Shown piece after piece: positions 30,783-32,000 of a stretch of 32,000 nucleotides of DNA. Under the pieces are notes generated by a model. It worked only from the letters and a program-made list of their open reading frames with translations, searched no databases and was not told the origin of the DNA. A program made the translations under genes and the position numbers. The DNA comes from Bacteroidales bacterium (GTDB taxonomy: Bacteria > Bacteroidota > Bacteroidia > Bacteroidales > UBA932). The DNA lies in the NCBI GenBank assembly GCA_017469745.1, contig JAFUFS010000051.1:15222-47221 (forward strand), given 5' to 3'. Each line of letters begins with the position of its first letter. Position 1 is the first letter of the stretch.

Positions 30783-32000
30783 AGCGGATCCGGAGGCGGA
30801 ACCTCCGGGGGCCAGACGGCTACAGCAATAGTAACTACTGGTGATGCTACGGACGTGAGTTCGTCAGGGGCAACCCTGACCGCTTCTTTCTCGGGAGTTT
30901 CAACCGTCAATAAGCCAACAGACGTCTTATTCAAATACGGAACCTCTTCAGACAATTTGAATCAGACAATCGGTGCGATTGAGTCGATTAATTCGGGAAG
31001 CGGTGATTTTACTGCTATCTTGACTGAACTCAGTAGTGGCACGGCTTATTATTTCCAGGCCTACATGACGGTCTGGGATGAGGAGGCCAACGAGTACAAG
31101 ACGATTTCCGGTGACGTAATTAAGTTCGAAACAAACCCGAAAGGCGAGACTGGAGTCCAGCGTGGCTATTATGAGTTGCCATCTATGAGCACTGTAAAGA
31201 ATGGTGAGTATCTTGTAAGCTCCACAGATCCTAATACCTACTTTGCCTATCACATGTGCGCCGGCGGAGAAACATATTCATTCAACGGCAAACTGATTAC
31301 GGCACGTAATTACACGGTTTGTTTCAGTGGCGAAGACCATGTTGCATATTGGGTAGCGGCTCCTAGACATACCATGTATAATGGGAACAACAGGACAGAT
31401 AATTACAAAGCTGACCCGGACATCCCAAGTGATGTGCAATATCAGGCTGATAAGATAGGAGATGGTTGCAACAGAGGCCATATCTTAGGATCTGCTGAAC
31501 GAGGTGTCTCCAGTGCTACGAATAATCAGGTTTTCTATTTCAGCAATATAGCTCCGCAATTGCAGTCTGGTTTCAATACAGGCGGAGGTGGGTGGAATGA
31601 ACTTGAGGATTGGGTAGACGGTCAAGTATGTGCTGATACGCTCTATCAGGTTGTCGGTTGCTATTTCAAAGACTATACTGATGGCTATAAAAACAGCGTC
31701 AAGGCCAAGAAAATCAGCTACGGTGGCAGAACCGATGTCAGTTTCCCGACCATGTTCTACTACGTGCTGATCCGTACTAAAAAAGGTAATTCTGGCAAGG
31801 CGTTGAAGGATTGTTCAGCTGATGAACTCAAGTGTGCAGCTTTCGTCCGTTCGCACACCAATAACCTTAAGGGGCAGAAAGTTACTTCTGCAGAGATGAT
31901 GAGTGTGGCTGACCTAGAGAAAATAACGGGTTTCACCTATTTCGTCAATGTCCCTAATGCGCCAAAGAACACGGTCAATGCTTCCGATTGGGGACTGTAA
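30783..32000 (+). CDS. DNA/RNA non-specific endonuclease (NUC1/Endonuclease_NS-like) with FN3-like N-terminal domain; same frame as the preceding ORF, after an in-frame TGA. The track lists it from GTG 30855
   Basis: CNRGHILGSAERGVSSATNNQVFYFSNIAPQLQSGFNTGGGGWNELEDWV matches the (D/N)RGH...NQ.FY.SN..PQ active-site signature. FN3-like ATAIVTTGDATDVSSSGATLTASFSGV begins upstream of the GTG at 30855. Confidence 0.82.
   Translation, partial: SGSGGGTSGGQTATAIVTTGDATDVSSSGATLTASFSGVSTVNKPTDVLFKYGTSSDNLNQTIGAIESINSGSGDFTAILTELSSGTAYYFQAYMTVWDEEANEYKTISGDVIKFETNPKGETGVQRGYYELPSMSTVKNGEYLVSSTDPNTYFAYHMCAGGETYSFNGKLITARNYTVCFSGEDHVAYWVAAPRHTMYNGNNRTDNYKADPDIPSDVQYQADKIGDGCNRGHILGSAERGVSSATNNQVFYFSNIAPQLQSGFNTGGGGWNELEDWVDGQVCADTLYQVVGCYFKDYTDGYKNSVKAKKISYGGRTDVSFPTMFYYVLIRTKKGNSGKALKDCSADELKCAAFVRSHTNNLKGQKVTSAEMMSVADLEKITGFTYFVNVPNAPKNTVNASDWGL

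Overview
This 32 kb window looks like a Bacteroidales-type chromosome (SusC/SusD pair, fimbrillin-like lipoprotein, several TAnnTTTG -7 promoter boxes; the taxonomic call is inference). It holds three kinds of content. (1) Ordinary metabolic and transport genes: nitroreductase, heavy-metal P-type ATPase split by a frameshift, SDR oxidoreductase, aldo/keto reductase, dicarboxylate and NhaC-type transporters, RsiV-like lipoprotein, CPA2 antiporter, and beta-carbonic anhydrase. (2) A tightly packed minus-strand polysaccharide-utilisation-type operon: TPR-LuxR regulator, SusC, SusD, two-piece LysO-type exporter, GH2 and GH63-like, with the exporter pair embedded between SusD and the glycosidases. 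(3) A divergent four-gene cassette at 23.0-26.4 kb: HprK-like P-loop kinase, S24/S26 peptidase with a SipW/ER-like Ser-His arrangement, PqqD-like carrier domain, and an ABC exporter. It looks like RiPP or peptide-modification machinery but has no obvious precursor or radical SAM enzyme beside it, and it is the best candidate for an under-described system. A HPERSEGS-type dispersed nucleotide repeat is inserted in frame in the exporter's ATPase domain. Downstream lies a PD-(D/E)XK (Rpn-like) nuclease remnant, then an AT-richer segment. That segment holds an unlisted 44-aa ORF and a fimbrillin/Ig-like lipoprotein fused to a DNA/RNA non-specific endonuclease, with the fusion interrupted by an in-frame TGA in a Gly/Ser-rich linker. 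Family names come from motif recognition by eye; no database search was run.
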